Counted from the stretch's first letter, positions 25,602-37,897 are shown. The stretch is DNA of 64,000 nt from Octopus vulgaris (GCA_951406725.2 OX597839.1:35154001-35218000); one strand, 5' to 3'. Notes: a model not told the origin generated them from the letters alone. Numbers and translations: made by a program.

Positions 25602-26470
25602 GGCAGCAAGCTGACGGAATCATTAGCACACTGGACGAAATGCTTAAACAGTATTTCACCTGTCATTACATTCTGTGTTCAAATTCCTCCAAGGTTGACT
25701 TTGCCTTTCATCCTTTTGGGGTCGATGTGATCAATTGTCCCCCTCTCCACAAAATTCCAGGCTTTGTGCCTATAGTAGAGAGAATTATCATTATTATTAT
25801 GAGGTTAGAGAGGAGAGTGCTGTCTGATGGCAAGTTTTCTGAAAGGTGGGTGAATTGTGCAAGAATGGCCAGTACAAATGGACCAATTCTGAGGTTTTGC
25901 CTGTAATTGAAAAAGGTATTATAAAAGGAGAAAGGGGCTCTCTACCCCCCCTTTTGACCAGGCTCCCGTTGCTTTTATGGGGTTTTTCCACGTGAGACCT
26001 TTTCTTTTTTTTGAAGCGTTTCCTCTATTGGGAGTTTTGTAAATTGTTGATTTTTCGTTGTTATAAAGTTTGTTTACACGGCCCTTTTTTTTTCTTTCAA
26101 AAAACAGACAAAACCTTTTGTAACCTTTCGTCCTGTTTTGTCCCTTTATGTTTTCCAATCATATTTGTCAGCCCTTGTGGCCAATAAAAGAATTAATTAT
26201 TATTACTATTATTAAGGTGGTGAGCTGGCAGAATCGTTAGCACGCTGGATGAAATGCTTAGCGGTATTTCACCTGTCGTTATGTTCTGTGTTCAAATTCC
26301 ACTGGGGTCGACTTTGCCTTTCATCTTTTCAGGGTCAATAAATTAAGTACCAGTTTGACATTGGGGTCAATGTAATCAGCACATCCTTTCTCCCAAAATG
26401 ACTGTCCTTGTGGCAAAATTTGAAACCATCTTTTTTTTTATTATTATTATCTTTATTATTATTATTATCA

Positions 26471-26543
<73 letters not shown>

Positions 26544-26810
26544 CTTTATTATTATTATTACTATTATTATTAAGGCAGCTAGCTGGCAGAACTTTGAGCA
26601 CACTGGACAAAATGTTCAGTGGTATTTCACCCATCGCTATGGTCTGAGTTCAAATTCCACCGAGGTCGACTTTACCTTTCATCCTTTCAGGGTAGATAAA
26701 TTAAGTACCAGTTGCGTACTGGGGGTTGATCTTATCGACTGGCCCTCTCCACCAAAATTTCAGGCCTTTTCACCTGTAGTAGAAAGGATTATTATTAATG
26801 TGTAGTAGGA

Positions 26811-27482
26811 AGGCAGCGAGCTGGCAGAAACGTTAGCCCTCCAGGTGAAATGCTTAGCAGTATTTCATCTGCTATTACATTCTGAGTTCAAATTCTGCCA
26901 AAGTCAACTTTGCCTTTCATCCTTTCGGGGTCGATAAATTTAGTTCTAGTTATGCACTGGGGTTGATGTAATCGACTTAATACCTATGTCTGTCCTTGTT
27001 TGTCCCCTCTATGTTTAGCCCCTTGTGCATAATAAAGAAATAGGTATTTCATCTGCTGTTACGTTCTGAGTTCAAATTATGCCAAAGTCAACTTTGCCTT
27101 TCATCCTTTTGGGGTCGATAAATTTAGTACTAGCACTGGGGTTGATATAATCGACCTAATTCCTTTGCCTGCCCTTGTTTGTTCCCTCTTTAATTAAGTA
27201 CCAGTTATGCATTGGGGTTGATGTAATCGACTTAATACCTATGTCTGTCCTTGTTTGTCTCCTCTATGTTTTGCCCCTTGTGGGTAATAAAGAAATAGGT
27301 ATTTCATCTGCTGTTACGTTCTGAGTTCAAATTCTACCAAAGTCAACTTTGCCTTTCATCCTTTCGGGGTCGATAAATTTAGTACTAGTTATGCACTGGG
27401 GTCGATATAATCGACTTAATTCCTTTGTCTGTCCTTGTTTGTTCCCTCTGTGTGTAGCCCCTTGTGGGCAATAAAGAAATAA
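26811..27482 (+). mobile_element. SINE-B tandem array (about four bodies)
   Basis: Repeated units joined at AAAGAAATA-GGTATTTCATCTGC. Confidence 0.8.
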
Positions 27483-27488
27483 GAACGG

Positions 27489-27531
<43 letters not shown>

Positions 27532-27673
27532 TATTTTTTTTCATTTTCTTTTTCCTCACTCTCAACATTTCTCCTCTTTTAGATTCGTGCTCGACTCATT
27601 GAATGAGGCCCAACAGAAAGTTGTGAAATATTTTGTCTGAAATGGCCAAAACACAGCGATCAACTTCAGGAGG

Positions 27674-27793
27674 ATGAATTTAATTGGACGCGAATCAGAG
27701 AAAACATTCCTTCGCAATTTTCTCAAATCAAAGCACCGACTGCTCCAAGTTTATGGTCAACCGTCTGTTGGCAAGACCCGTTTAGTTACAGAA
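27674..27793 (+). CDS. NLR-like STAND NTPase-TPR gene, coding exon 1 (40 aa; start codon and Walker A)
   Basis: Polypyrimidine tract plus AG at 27581-27582. In-frame TGA at 27638 lies upstream of ATG 27674. Encodes MNLIGRESEKTFLRNFL...VYGQPSVGKTRLVTE (pre-P-loop 'IGRE' motif and GxxxxGKT). Donor GAA|GTAAGT, phase 0. Confidence 0.88.
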
Positions 27794-30587
27794 GTAAGTA
27801 GATATTCTCAAAAGACAAAAAAAATGCTAATTTTCATGTCTTATATACAATATTGAACCAATTTAACTCGTTAGCATTCAGATTTCTTCGTCAAATGCTT
27901 GTTAATTTACATCGATTTGAATTAGTCATGCATCATCTCGTAGTGCTGGTGCTTCATATATATATATAGGTTTTGAAGATATTCTTTGTGAATATTCTTT
28001 CTCATTGATTTTTAAATAGATATTTACATCTGCAGGTCAGCTGATCTCTTGTACATACAAACATATATGCATATGTATGCACATACATACAATTTCAGAA
28101 ATCATCCGGCCTTCAGATATGAATATTTCTTTTAAAAATCACTGGCAAAGAGAATATTTAAAACACAAACTTTAAAACCTATAGCTTCTCTTTTTAGATA
28201 CTAAATTTATTTTATGTGTTCATTATTTACAATGGAAGGATAGGTGTCCTCATCTTGTTTGCTGTTACCACAACATTTCAGCTGATGTACTCTCTGGTGG
28301 AATTTCAATCCCCAACCCTTCATTTGACTAAAGGGGTACTCTGTTCTCATTCCTAAGGTGTTCTTTTTTGCTGATGTTATTTTTTCTTTTTTTCTGTTGA
28401 TATTCAATCATCATCGTCATTGAGATTTCAATGATATCATCATCCTCATCATCATCCTCATTTAGCGTCTGTTTTCCATGCTGGCATGGGTTAGATGGAT
28501 TAACTGGAACTGGCATGGCCGGAGAGCTGCACCAAGTTCCAGTCTGGTTTGGCATGGTTTCTATGGTTGGATGCTCTTCCTGACACCAACCACTCCGAAT
28601 GTGTAATGGATGGCAGAGCAACAAGCTGGCCTTCGTGCCGATGGCATGTTAAACACACCATTCAAGCGTGATTATTACCAGTGTCGCTTTACTGGCACGT
28701 GAAACATTTGAACAAGGTCGTCGCCAGTGCCGCTGGACTGGCTCCTTTGAAGGTGGCACGTAAAAAGCACCATTTGGGAATAGCCATTGCCTGTACCACC
28801 AAACTGGCCCTCGTGTTGGTGGCACGTAAAGGCACCCACTACATTCTCGGAGTGGTTGGCGTTAGGAAGGGCATCAAGCTGTAGAAACTCTGCCAAATCA
28901 AGATTGGAGTCTGGTTCGCCAGACCTCAGTCAAATCGTACAACCCATGCTAGCATGGAAAGCGGATGTTAAATGATGATGATGACATTGTAGGGTAGGTG
29001 CAAGGGACCAGATCTGGTCAGTTTGAAAATAAAACGAGTAGGTTGCTTTGACTGGAAATGGCCAGTTTAAACACTAAAGGGTTAAGGTGGTGAACTTGCA
29101 GAATCGTTAGCACATGGGGGGTGGGGGGCATTTCAATTGCCCTTACGTTCTGAGTTCAAATTCCATTGAGGTCAGCTTTGTCTTTCATCCTTCAGCAGTT
29201 GATAAAATAAGTACCAGTTCAATATTGGGGTCAGTGTAATTCACTTACAACCTTCCCTCAAATTTCTGCCCTTGTGCCAAAATTTGGGACACTATATATT
29301 TATATCTACTTAACCTTTTTGATACCAACCTACCAAGGATGCCCCCCCCCCGACCCCCACCTATTATCATGATACATGTTTCCTGTGTTCACTCTTTCAT
29401 TATCATATTTCTATTGAAATACGCTGCCTTCATTTCACGATTTGAAAATCATGAAAATCATAGGCGCAGGGGTGGCTGTGTGGTAAGTAGTTTGCTTACC
29501 AACCACAATGTTCCGGGTTCAGTCCCACTGCGTGGCACCTTGGGCAAGTGTCTTCTACTATAGCCTCGGGCCGACCAAAGCCTTGTGAGTGGATTTGGTA
29601 GGCGGAAACTGAAAAGAAGCCTGTCATATATATAGGTGTATGGGTGTTTGTGTGTCTGTGTTTGTCCCATCAACATCGCTTGACCACCGATGCTGGTGTG
29701 TTTACATCCCTGTAACTTAGCGGTTTGGCAAAAGAGCCCGATAGAATAAGTACTAGGCTTACAAAGAATAAGTCCTGGGGCTGATTTGCTCGACTAAAGG
29801 CGATGCTCCAGCATGGCCGCAATCAAATGACTGAAACAAGTAAAAGAGTAGAGGAAAGAGTAATTTACTAAAGTACCTTCATCTTTATTAAGCTGGTGCT
29901 TGGAACATGAAATAGGATGAAATCTTTGTCCAGTTTAGGCCATTTTGGCTGTTTTGTTGTCACATGTCTGTTGAAATATGCTGGCTTTGTTTAATTTAAT
30001 TTTGAAAATCATGAATTTATTAAAATAACTTTGTCATCATTAAGTTAAATTCACGTGGAATTTTCTCTGGCAGAGCGGGTTTAAGGGATCTAAGTTGCAT
30101 GTTAATTTACTAAATTCTTCATTATTTTAAAAATTGGTACGTAAAAAGCACCAATCGATCTTGGCCGTTGCCAGCCACCCCTGGCACTTAAAAAGCACCC
30201 ACTACACTCTCGGAGTGGTTGGTGTTAGAAAGGGCATCCAGCTGTAGAAACACTGCCAGATCAGACTGGAGCCTGGTTCAGCCTCCCGGCTTCCCAGACC
30301 CCAGTTGAACTGTCCAACCCATGCTAGCATGGAAAACGGACGTTAAACGATGATGATGATGATGAATGGTATTGTATTTTAAAAGAGACATGGTAATAAA
30401 ACGGTTAGTGATTCTCACATCACTGTTTAGTAAATACAGTGAAGTCTGTTTTGCTAATGAGATCTAATAAGACTGGAATATTCTTTGTAAGCCCCGTACT
30501 TATTCTATCGGTCTCTTTTGCCGAACTGCTAAGTGACGGGGACATAAACACACCAGCATCGGTTGTCAAGCAATGCTAGGGGGACAA

Positions 30588-30622
<35 letters not shown>

Positions 30623-30630
30623 CATATATA

Positions 30631-30987
30631 CGACAGGCTTCTTTCAGTTTCCGTCTACCACATCCACTCACAAGGCATTGGTCGGCCCGGGGCTATAGCA
30701 GAAGAGACTTGCCCAAGATGCCACTCAGTGGGACTAAACCCGCAACCATGTGGTTGGTTAACAAGCTACTTACCACACAGCCACTCCAGCACCTATAAAT
30801 ATATATATATATATATATACATATATACGACAGGCTTCTTTCAGTTTCCGTCTACCACATCCACTCACAAGGCATTGGTCGGCCCAGGGCTATAGCAGAA
30901 GAGACTTGCCCAAGATGCCACGCAGTGGGACTAAACCCGCAACCATGTGGTTGGTTAACAAGCTACTTACCACACAGCCACTCCAGC

Positions 30988-31028
<41 letters not shown>

Positions 31029-31190
31029 TACGACAGGCTTCTTTCAGTTTCCGTCTACCACATCCACTCACAAGGCATTGGTCGGCCCAGGGCTATAGCA
31101 GAAGAGACTTGCCCAAGATGCCACGCAGTGGGACTAAACCCGCAACCATGTGGTTGGTTAACAAGCTACTTACCACACAGCCACTCCAGC

Positions 31191-31231
<41 letters not shown>

Positions 31232-32039
31232 TACGACAGGCTTCTTTCAGTTTCCGTCTACCACATCCACTCACAAGGCATTGGTCGGCCCAGGGCTATA
31301 GCAGAAGAGACTTGCCCAAGATGCCACTCAGTGGGACTAAACCCGCAACCATGTGGTTGGTTAACAAGCTACTTACCACACAGCCACTCCAGCACCTATA
31401 AATATATATATATATATATACATATATACGACAGGCTTCTTTCAGTTTCCGTCTACCAAATCCACTCACAAGGCATTGGTCGGCCCGGGCTATAGCAGAA
31501 GAGACTTGCCCAAGATGCCATGCAGTGGGACTGAACCCGCAACCATGTGGTTGGTTAACAAGCTACTTACCACACAGCCACTCCAGCACCTATAAATATA
31601 TATATATATATATACATATATACGACAGGCTTCTTTCAGTTTCCGTCTACCAAATCCACTCACAAGGCATTGGTCGGCCCGGGGCTATAGCAGAAGAGAC
31701 TTGCCCAAGATGCCATGCAGTGGGACTGAACCCGCAACCATGTGGTTGGTTAACAAGCTACTTACCACACAGCCACTCCAGCACCTATAAATATATATAT
31801 ATATATCAAGGCGGCGAGCTGGCAGAAACGTTAGCACGCCGGGCGAAATGCGTAGCCGTATTTCGTCTGCCGTTACGTTCTGGGTTCAAATTCCGCCGAG
31901 GTCGACTTTGCCTTTCATCCTTTCGGGGTTGATAAATTAAGTACCAGTTATGCACTGGGGTTGATGTAATCGACTTAATCTGTTTGCCTGTCCTTGTTTG
32001 TCCCCTCTGTGTTTAGCCCCTTGTGGGTAGTATAGAAAT

Positions 32040-32070
<31 letters not shown>

Positions 32071-32153
32071 TACGACAGGCTTCTTTCAGTTTCCGTCTAC
32101 CAAATCCACTCACAAGGCATTGGTCGGCCTGGGGCTATAGCAGAAGACACTTG
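30631..32153 (-). repeat. Tandem array of SINE-A 5' half (~195-205 bp; 6 full units plus 1 partial), interrupted by a SINE-B at 31808-32040
   Basis: Units start at ~30631, 30828, 31031, 31235, 31429, 31623 and 32073, separated by (TA)n. Confidence 0.92.
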
Positions 32154-32250
32154 AACATGGAAAAATAGATATTAAAATGATGATGATAAACTTTTGCTTC
32201 TTCTTTTGATGGCAATTATTCTACCTTTCGCTTTTCTTCTCATCTTTCAG

Positions 32251-33210
32251 ATCTTGAATGAAATGAAGAGTGATTTCCCTCGGATTTGCTATAAGGTGAT
32301 TCGGAAAGACTGGCCCAAGAAAGAATTCTTCTGTCCCGATGAAAGATTTAAAACATTGCTTGTCGCAGATAATTTTCAAAATATTTTTGGGAAAAATGCT
32401 ACGGAAGACTTTGACGATTTCTGCGAGAAACTAATCACCTGGAACCACGTTAAAGTCATCTTGATACTGAGTGGACCTTCAGAAATGAAGCGCGTTCAGG
32501 GTATCACACTTCATCTAAAACCACTGCAATATTTTGATTCTCTTCACCTTGTTGAACAGTCTTTACCTGCAAATATGAAATATTCAAGAAATCTTAAATC
32601 TTTCTGCTCAAATTTCTGCAATGGTGTGCCTGGAAGGATTGTGTCCTTGTGTGATAAATTGTCTGAATGTCCAGCAGGCACATCATCCAGTGAAATTTTG
32701 GATTTTCTTCAGGAGTCCCAAAATGTTGACAATTTTCTGCCGCACCAATTTCATGAGTCTTTTAAGGAATATCTCCAACAGCTTTCCACGGAACAGCAGC
32801 AAGCTCTCTCTGAGCTGAGTTATTTTCCTGGAAGGTTCAGCCTTCATGACATTATGGCTATGACAAACTGCAAAAGAGAGCAGCAAGCCAAATTCAATCT
32901 GGTTTACCCGCTGATGAAACAAGGCCTGATTAAGCCTACGAACAACAGCTCAACAGAGTTCGTGTTACCACAGATTGTGCATCAGCACTGCCAGAATCAC
33001 ATGACACACATATCCCACGAAAACTGCACGAGGTTGAAGTTTAATCATATTATAGGAGAAGCCCTCATAAAAGCAGAGAAAATCAATGACAAAGGACTTA
33101 TCTATAATGTTGCTGGGATTTTAGATCACAAGTGGGAGAATGTTGCTAAGTTGATTCTAGAAGCCATTCATTCACCTTCAGATGGAGAAACTTTTGAGAT
33201 TTACTGCAAG
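32251..33210 (+). CDS. NLR-like gene exon 2 (320 aa; Walker B, GxP helical domain, winged helix)
   Basis: Acceptor ctttcag| and donor AAG|GTATGT, phase 0-0. Motifs: LLVADNF (Walker B), VKVILILSG (sensor-1 position), LHLKPLQYFDSLHLV, FCNGVPGRI (GxP), LSTEQQQALSELSYFPGRF (winged-helix start). Confidence 0.93.
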
Positions 33211-34018
33211 GTATGTGTGTGTCTATCTTTTACACTTTTACTTGTTTCAGTCACGTGACTGTGGCCATGCTGGAGCACCGCCTTTAGTCGAGCAAATTGA
33301 CCCCATGTTCCTAAAACTAGCTGAATGATAACCAAGTTATTTTACTAAATTCTTTGTTATATTTAAAATTAATTGAAAGAAACACATAGCATCTCAACAG
33401 AAATAGGGTAACAAAAGGGTTAAAATATATAATAGAGAAACAATTCTTAACCCTTTCAATACCAGCCCGGCTGAAACCACCTCTGGCTCTGTAGTAAAAA
33501 TGTCTTGTTTTCTTAAGTTTTGAATTAAAATCTTCCACCAAACCTTAGTCACAATTTACGTTCCTAACATTAGCTTAATGATAACTAAATTATTTTACTA
33601 AATTCTTTGTTATATTTAAAGTAATTGAAAGAAACAAAATAAATATAGTAACGAATATATATAGTAACGAAAGGGTTAAATATAGTAAATAAATATAGTA
33701 ACGAAAGGGTTAAAAGCTACATACTAGCTTAAAAGCTGCCCAAGCTAGTATATTTTTTAACTTTTTTGATGACGAAATAAACACTATGTACTAAGGGTAA
33801 TTAAATTCACAATTTCCTATGAATTTGTGACCGTGTGCCTAACCATGAGGGAGAGGGTCAGAGCAGACCAAATGCTTTGCGAGTATTTCTCATAACTCTC
33901 TCACATTCTTTTCTAACCCACCCAGAGTCAATTGTATCATTCATTGAAGAAGTGGAACAGCAACGAATAACAGAAATTATGCATGCGTAAACGTGTACTA
34001 AATCCATGTTAACATAAG

Positions 34019-34055
<37 letters not shown>

Positions 34056-34792
34056 GTGTGTATGTGTGTGTAGAGGGAAGAGAAGAGATTGGCCTTTAAT
34101 AAATAAATCTGAAATGCCAGTTGAAACTTTGATTCTGTTGACATTCATTCATTCTTCTCTCTCTCTTTCTTCCTCTCTTTCTCCCTCTCTCTCTTCCTCT
34201 CTCTCTCTGTCTCTCTCTTCCTCTGTCTCTCTCTTCCTCTCTCTGTCTCTCTCTCTCTCTCTCTTTCTTCCTCTCTCTCTTTCTTCCTCTCTCTTTCTCC
34301 CTCTCTGTGTCTCTCTCTCTTCCTCTCTCTCTGTGTCTCTCTCTCTTTCTCCCTTTCTCCCTTCCTCTCTCTCCCTCCCTCTTTCTCTCTCTATGTCTCT
34401 CTCTCTTTCCCTTTCTTCCTCTCTCTCTCCCTCTTTCTGTCTCTTTCTCCCCCTCTCTCTTTCTCTCTCTCTCTCTCTCTCTTTCCTCCCTCTCTCTGTC
34501 TCCCTCTGTATTTATGTGTGTACTTAAACATAAGCACATATATTTTCTCAGCAAAGTCTTTAAATATATGAAGCTACTTCTTTCGGTCTCTTTTACTCTT
34601 TTACTTGTTTCAGTCATTTGACTGCGGCCATGCTGGAGCACTGCCTTTTTAGTCAAGCAAATCAACCCCAGGACTTATTCTTTCGAAGCCTAGTACTTAT
34701 TCTATCGGTCTCTTTTGCCGAACCACTAAGTTACGGGGACGTAAACACACCACCATTGGTTGTCAAGCGATGTTGGGGGGACAAACACACAA

Positions 34793-34843
<51 letters not shown>

Positions 34844-35319
34844 CACATACACATATATGTGACGAGGTTCTTTCAGTTTCCATCTACCAAATCCACTCGC
34901 AAGGCTTTGGTCGACCCGAGGCTATAGTAGAAGACACTTGTGCAAGGTGCCACGCAGTGGGACTGAACTCAGAACCATGTGGTTGGTAAACAAGCTGCTT
35001 ACCACACAGCCACGGAAGGACTATCTTAATGACTGACAAGGAAGACAAGCTCCCTAGTGGGGAGATAGTCCTTTTGTGGCTATTGTGGCTATTTCTAGCA
35101 ATGCTGGTACTACTTAGTATCCTCTGTCACATTAGTAGCATCTATAAATTTGCTTTTAGGTTGTTAAATTGCTAATAACTTAGCGGTTCGGCAAAAGAGA
35201 CCGATAGAATAAGTACTAGGCTTACAAAGAATAAGTCCTGGGGTCAATTTGCTCGACTAAAGGTGGTACTCCAGCATGGCCACAGTCAAATGACTGAAAC
35301 AAGTAAAAGAGTAAAGAGT

Positions 35320-36240
35320 TTTATTTTCATCACGTGCTTTCACTTCGCTACCAAGCCCAGCTCTGTGTGCCTTGGGTATGTGCTGTGGTTTGTTGTGGTG
35401 CTCTTATCTTTGCTGTATAGAAAGTGTTTTGCGTAGGATGTGTGCAGTGCCTAGTAGTGCTACTTTCCTTGTTGTTGTTCTTGTTCTTCTTCTCTTCCAC
35501 CTCCTCCTCCTCCTTCTTCTTCTCCTTCTTCTCCTTCTTCTCCTTCTTCTTCTTCTCCTTCTTCACCTTCTTCTTCTTCTTCTTCTTCTTCTTCTTCTTC
35601 TTCTTCTTCTTCTTCTTCTTCTTCTTCTTCTTCTTCTTCTTCTTCTTCTCCTCCTTCTTCTTCTGTCTTATTTTCACCACTTGCTTTCACTGCACTACCA
35701 AGCACGTGCCTTGGGTATGTGCTGTGGTTTGTTGTGGTGCTCTTATCTTTGCTGTATTGAAAGTGTTTTACGTAAGATGTGTGCAGTGCTACTTTCCTTG
35801 TTGTTGTTGTTGTTCTTCTTCTTCTTCTCTTCCACCTCCTCCTCCTCCTCCTCCTCCTCCTTCTTCTTCTTCAGTCTTATTTTCACCACTTGCTTTCACT
35901 GCACGACCAAGCACGTGCCTTGGGTATGTGCTGTAGTTTGTTGTGGTTCTCTTATTTTCACTGTATTGAAAGTGTTCTGCGTAGGATGTGTGCAGTGCCT
36001 GGTTGTGCTATTTCCTGTATGTTATATATACTTGTAAGTCCTGGTGTTTTTGTTATGTATTTCTCTGAATGTTTTTTCATCATGCCTAATGCGCCTATTA
36101 TGATAGGAATTGTTTCTGTTTTTAGACTCCACATTCGAGTTACCTCTATTTCCAGGTCTTTGTATTTTGAAAGTTTCTTCATTTCTTTTAAGGAAATGTT
36201 GTCTTCTGTTGGTATTGATACATCAATTAGAAAGCATTTT
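35320..36240 (-). mobile_element. R4/Dong-clade LINE restriction-like endonuclease C-terminus with triplicated 3' end in (GAA/GAG)n
   Basis: KCFLIDVSIPTEDNISLKEMKKLSKYKDLEIEVTRMW...PIIIGALG...IQEIA..GTAHILRRTLS. The 3' end is repeated at ~35320, ~35666 and ~35875. Confidence 0.85.
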
Positions 36241-36254
36241 TTATTATTATTATT

Positions 36255-36585
36255 TTTCGTTTTTGGATTTGGTTTGCAAGATTCTTTATATGAGTTTGTG
36301 TGTTTGAAGCATATTCTGTTGTGTCTGGGGAGAGTCATTCTCTTTTAGTACCTTATTATTTAATACACTCACCGGTAAAATTTCCACATTTCTTATTTTC
36401 CTAAAATTTTCGTTGCGTCTTGCAACCTTTTCAATAGTCTTGACTCAATAGTCTTTCAAGACTATTGAAAAGGTTGCAAGACGCAACGAAAATTTTAGGA
36501 AAATAAAAGTAAGAGTAAATTTTACCGGTGAGTGTGTTAAATCATAAGGTACTAAAAGAGAATGACTCTCCCCAGACACAACAGA
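36255..36585. mobile_element. Penelope-like terminal repeat, inverted dimer carrying two hammerhead motifs (36401-36437 minus; 36462-36498 plus)
   Basis: Plus copy: CTA TTGAAAA G GTTGC AAGAC GCAAC GAAA AT TT TAG (U3:A8 core). The exact reverse complement lies immediately to its left. Confidence 0.7.
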
Positions 36586-36993
36586 ATTATTATTATTCTT
36601 TTCTACTCTAGGCATAAGACCTGAAATTTGACGGAGGGGGACAGTCAATTAGATCAACCCCGTTATGCAACTGGTACTTAATTTATTGATCCTGAAAAGA
36701 TGAAAAAGGCGAAGTCGACCTCAGTGGAATATTATTATTATTATTATTAGTAAAATGGCGACAAGCTGGCAGAATCATTAACAAGTCAGGCAAAATACTT
36801 AGCAGTATTTCATCTGTCTTAACGTTCTGAGTTCAAATTCCACCAAGGTCAGCTTTGCCTTTCGTCCTTTCAAGGTTTAATAAAAACAAGTACCAGTTGC
36901 ACACTGGGGATCAATGTAATCGGCTCATCCCCTCCCTCAAAAAATTACTACCATTGAGTCAAGATTTGAAACCATTATTATTATTATTATTAT

Positions 36994-37550
36994 TGAGTGA
37001 GAGAGCAGTGCATGCCATCAAAGTGACACTGGGGTAAAATATACGAAGCCCAGTATACCCATCATGACTACCCGTCTGATAAGGGTACACCAGGCACATG
37101 CATCACAACCATATGTGCGCGACATGGTGAACTTATATCAAGATAAACAGCACATAACCTTGTAGGTGGGGCCCAGTTAGAATTTTCTTCTGGTCGAGTA
37201 ACCCACCCCGCTCAAAAGGTCCCTGAATAAGGGTTGTTTAAGGATGTTGAAAGAACCACCCATGTTTCCAGAGGTGAATTATTCAAACCCCAAAGAATCC
37301 CTCTCAACACATGGCTATGATGCTCCCCAACTACTTCTGCTCGTGATCAGAGATGCACATATCGTCAGCCAGTGAAGGACACGCTCAACTGGTTAAGGTC
37401 AAACAACTGACAAGCAAATCTGTGGTATTGAGCAGAATATTTGCTGTAGCTCATCTTTTATACCAAGACAAAACAATGTACATGATAACACTTCCAATCA
37501 GTTAAGATCAGAAGCCATGAGAGCCACTGCCTGGTACTGCATCAGGGCAT
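36994..37550 (-). mobile_element. ~560-bp non-coding repeat embedded in (TAA)n (unclassified retroposon)
   Basis: Flanked by (TTA)n on both sides. A second copy at 61725-61958 shares the identical left end; fragment at 50516-50643. Confidence 0.65.
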
Positions 37551-37562
37551 TTTATTATTATT

Positions 37563-37615
<53 letters not shown>

Positions 37616-37671
37616 CTTTGTCGTCATCGTCCTTTTTCTTCTTCTTGTTATTGTTATTATTATTATTATTG

Positions 37672-37712
<41 letters not shown>

Positions 37713-37743
37713 GTTACACTATTACTTTTATCTTCCTATATAG

Positions 37744-37897
37744 GTTGCTGTGGAAGCTCGTAGCATCATCAATCTGTGTTACCCTGAGGCTGCCACAGAA
37801 TTCTTCAAGGCAATTCTTGATGCCTCCAAGAAACTTGGCACTGAGAAGCAGAAAGCGCTGTTGATGGTTTCCTATGGACATTCTCTTCAGAGCAGAA
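37744..37897 (+). CDS. NLR-like gene exon 3 (helical linker / first TPR-like helix)
   Basis: Acceptor cctatatag|GTT GCT GTG. Encodes VAVEARSIINLCYPEAATEFFKAILDASKKLGTEKQKALLMVSYGHSLQSR. Donor A|GTAAAA, phase 1, matches the next exon. Confidence 0.85.

Noticed and set aside
32194-33258. Stand-alone intronless (bacterial or contaminant) ATPase gene
   Set aside because: It lacks Walker A by itself and is bounded by canonical splice sites in phase with neighbouring exons, in an animal repeat context.
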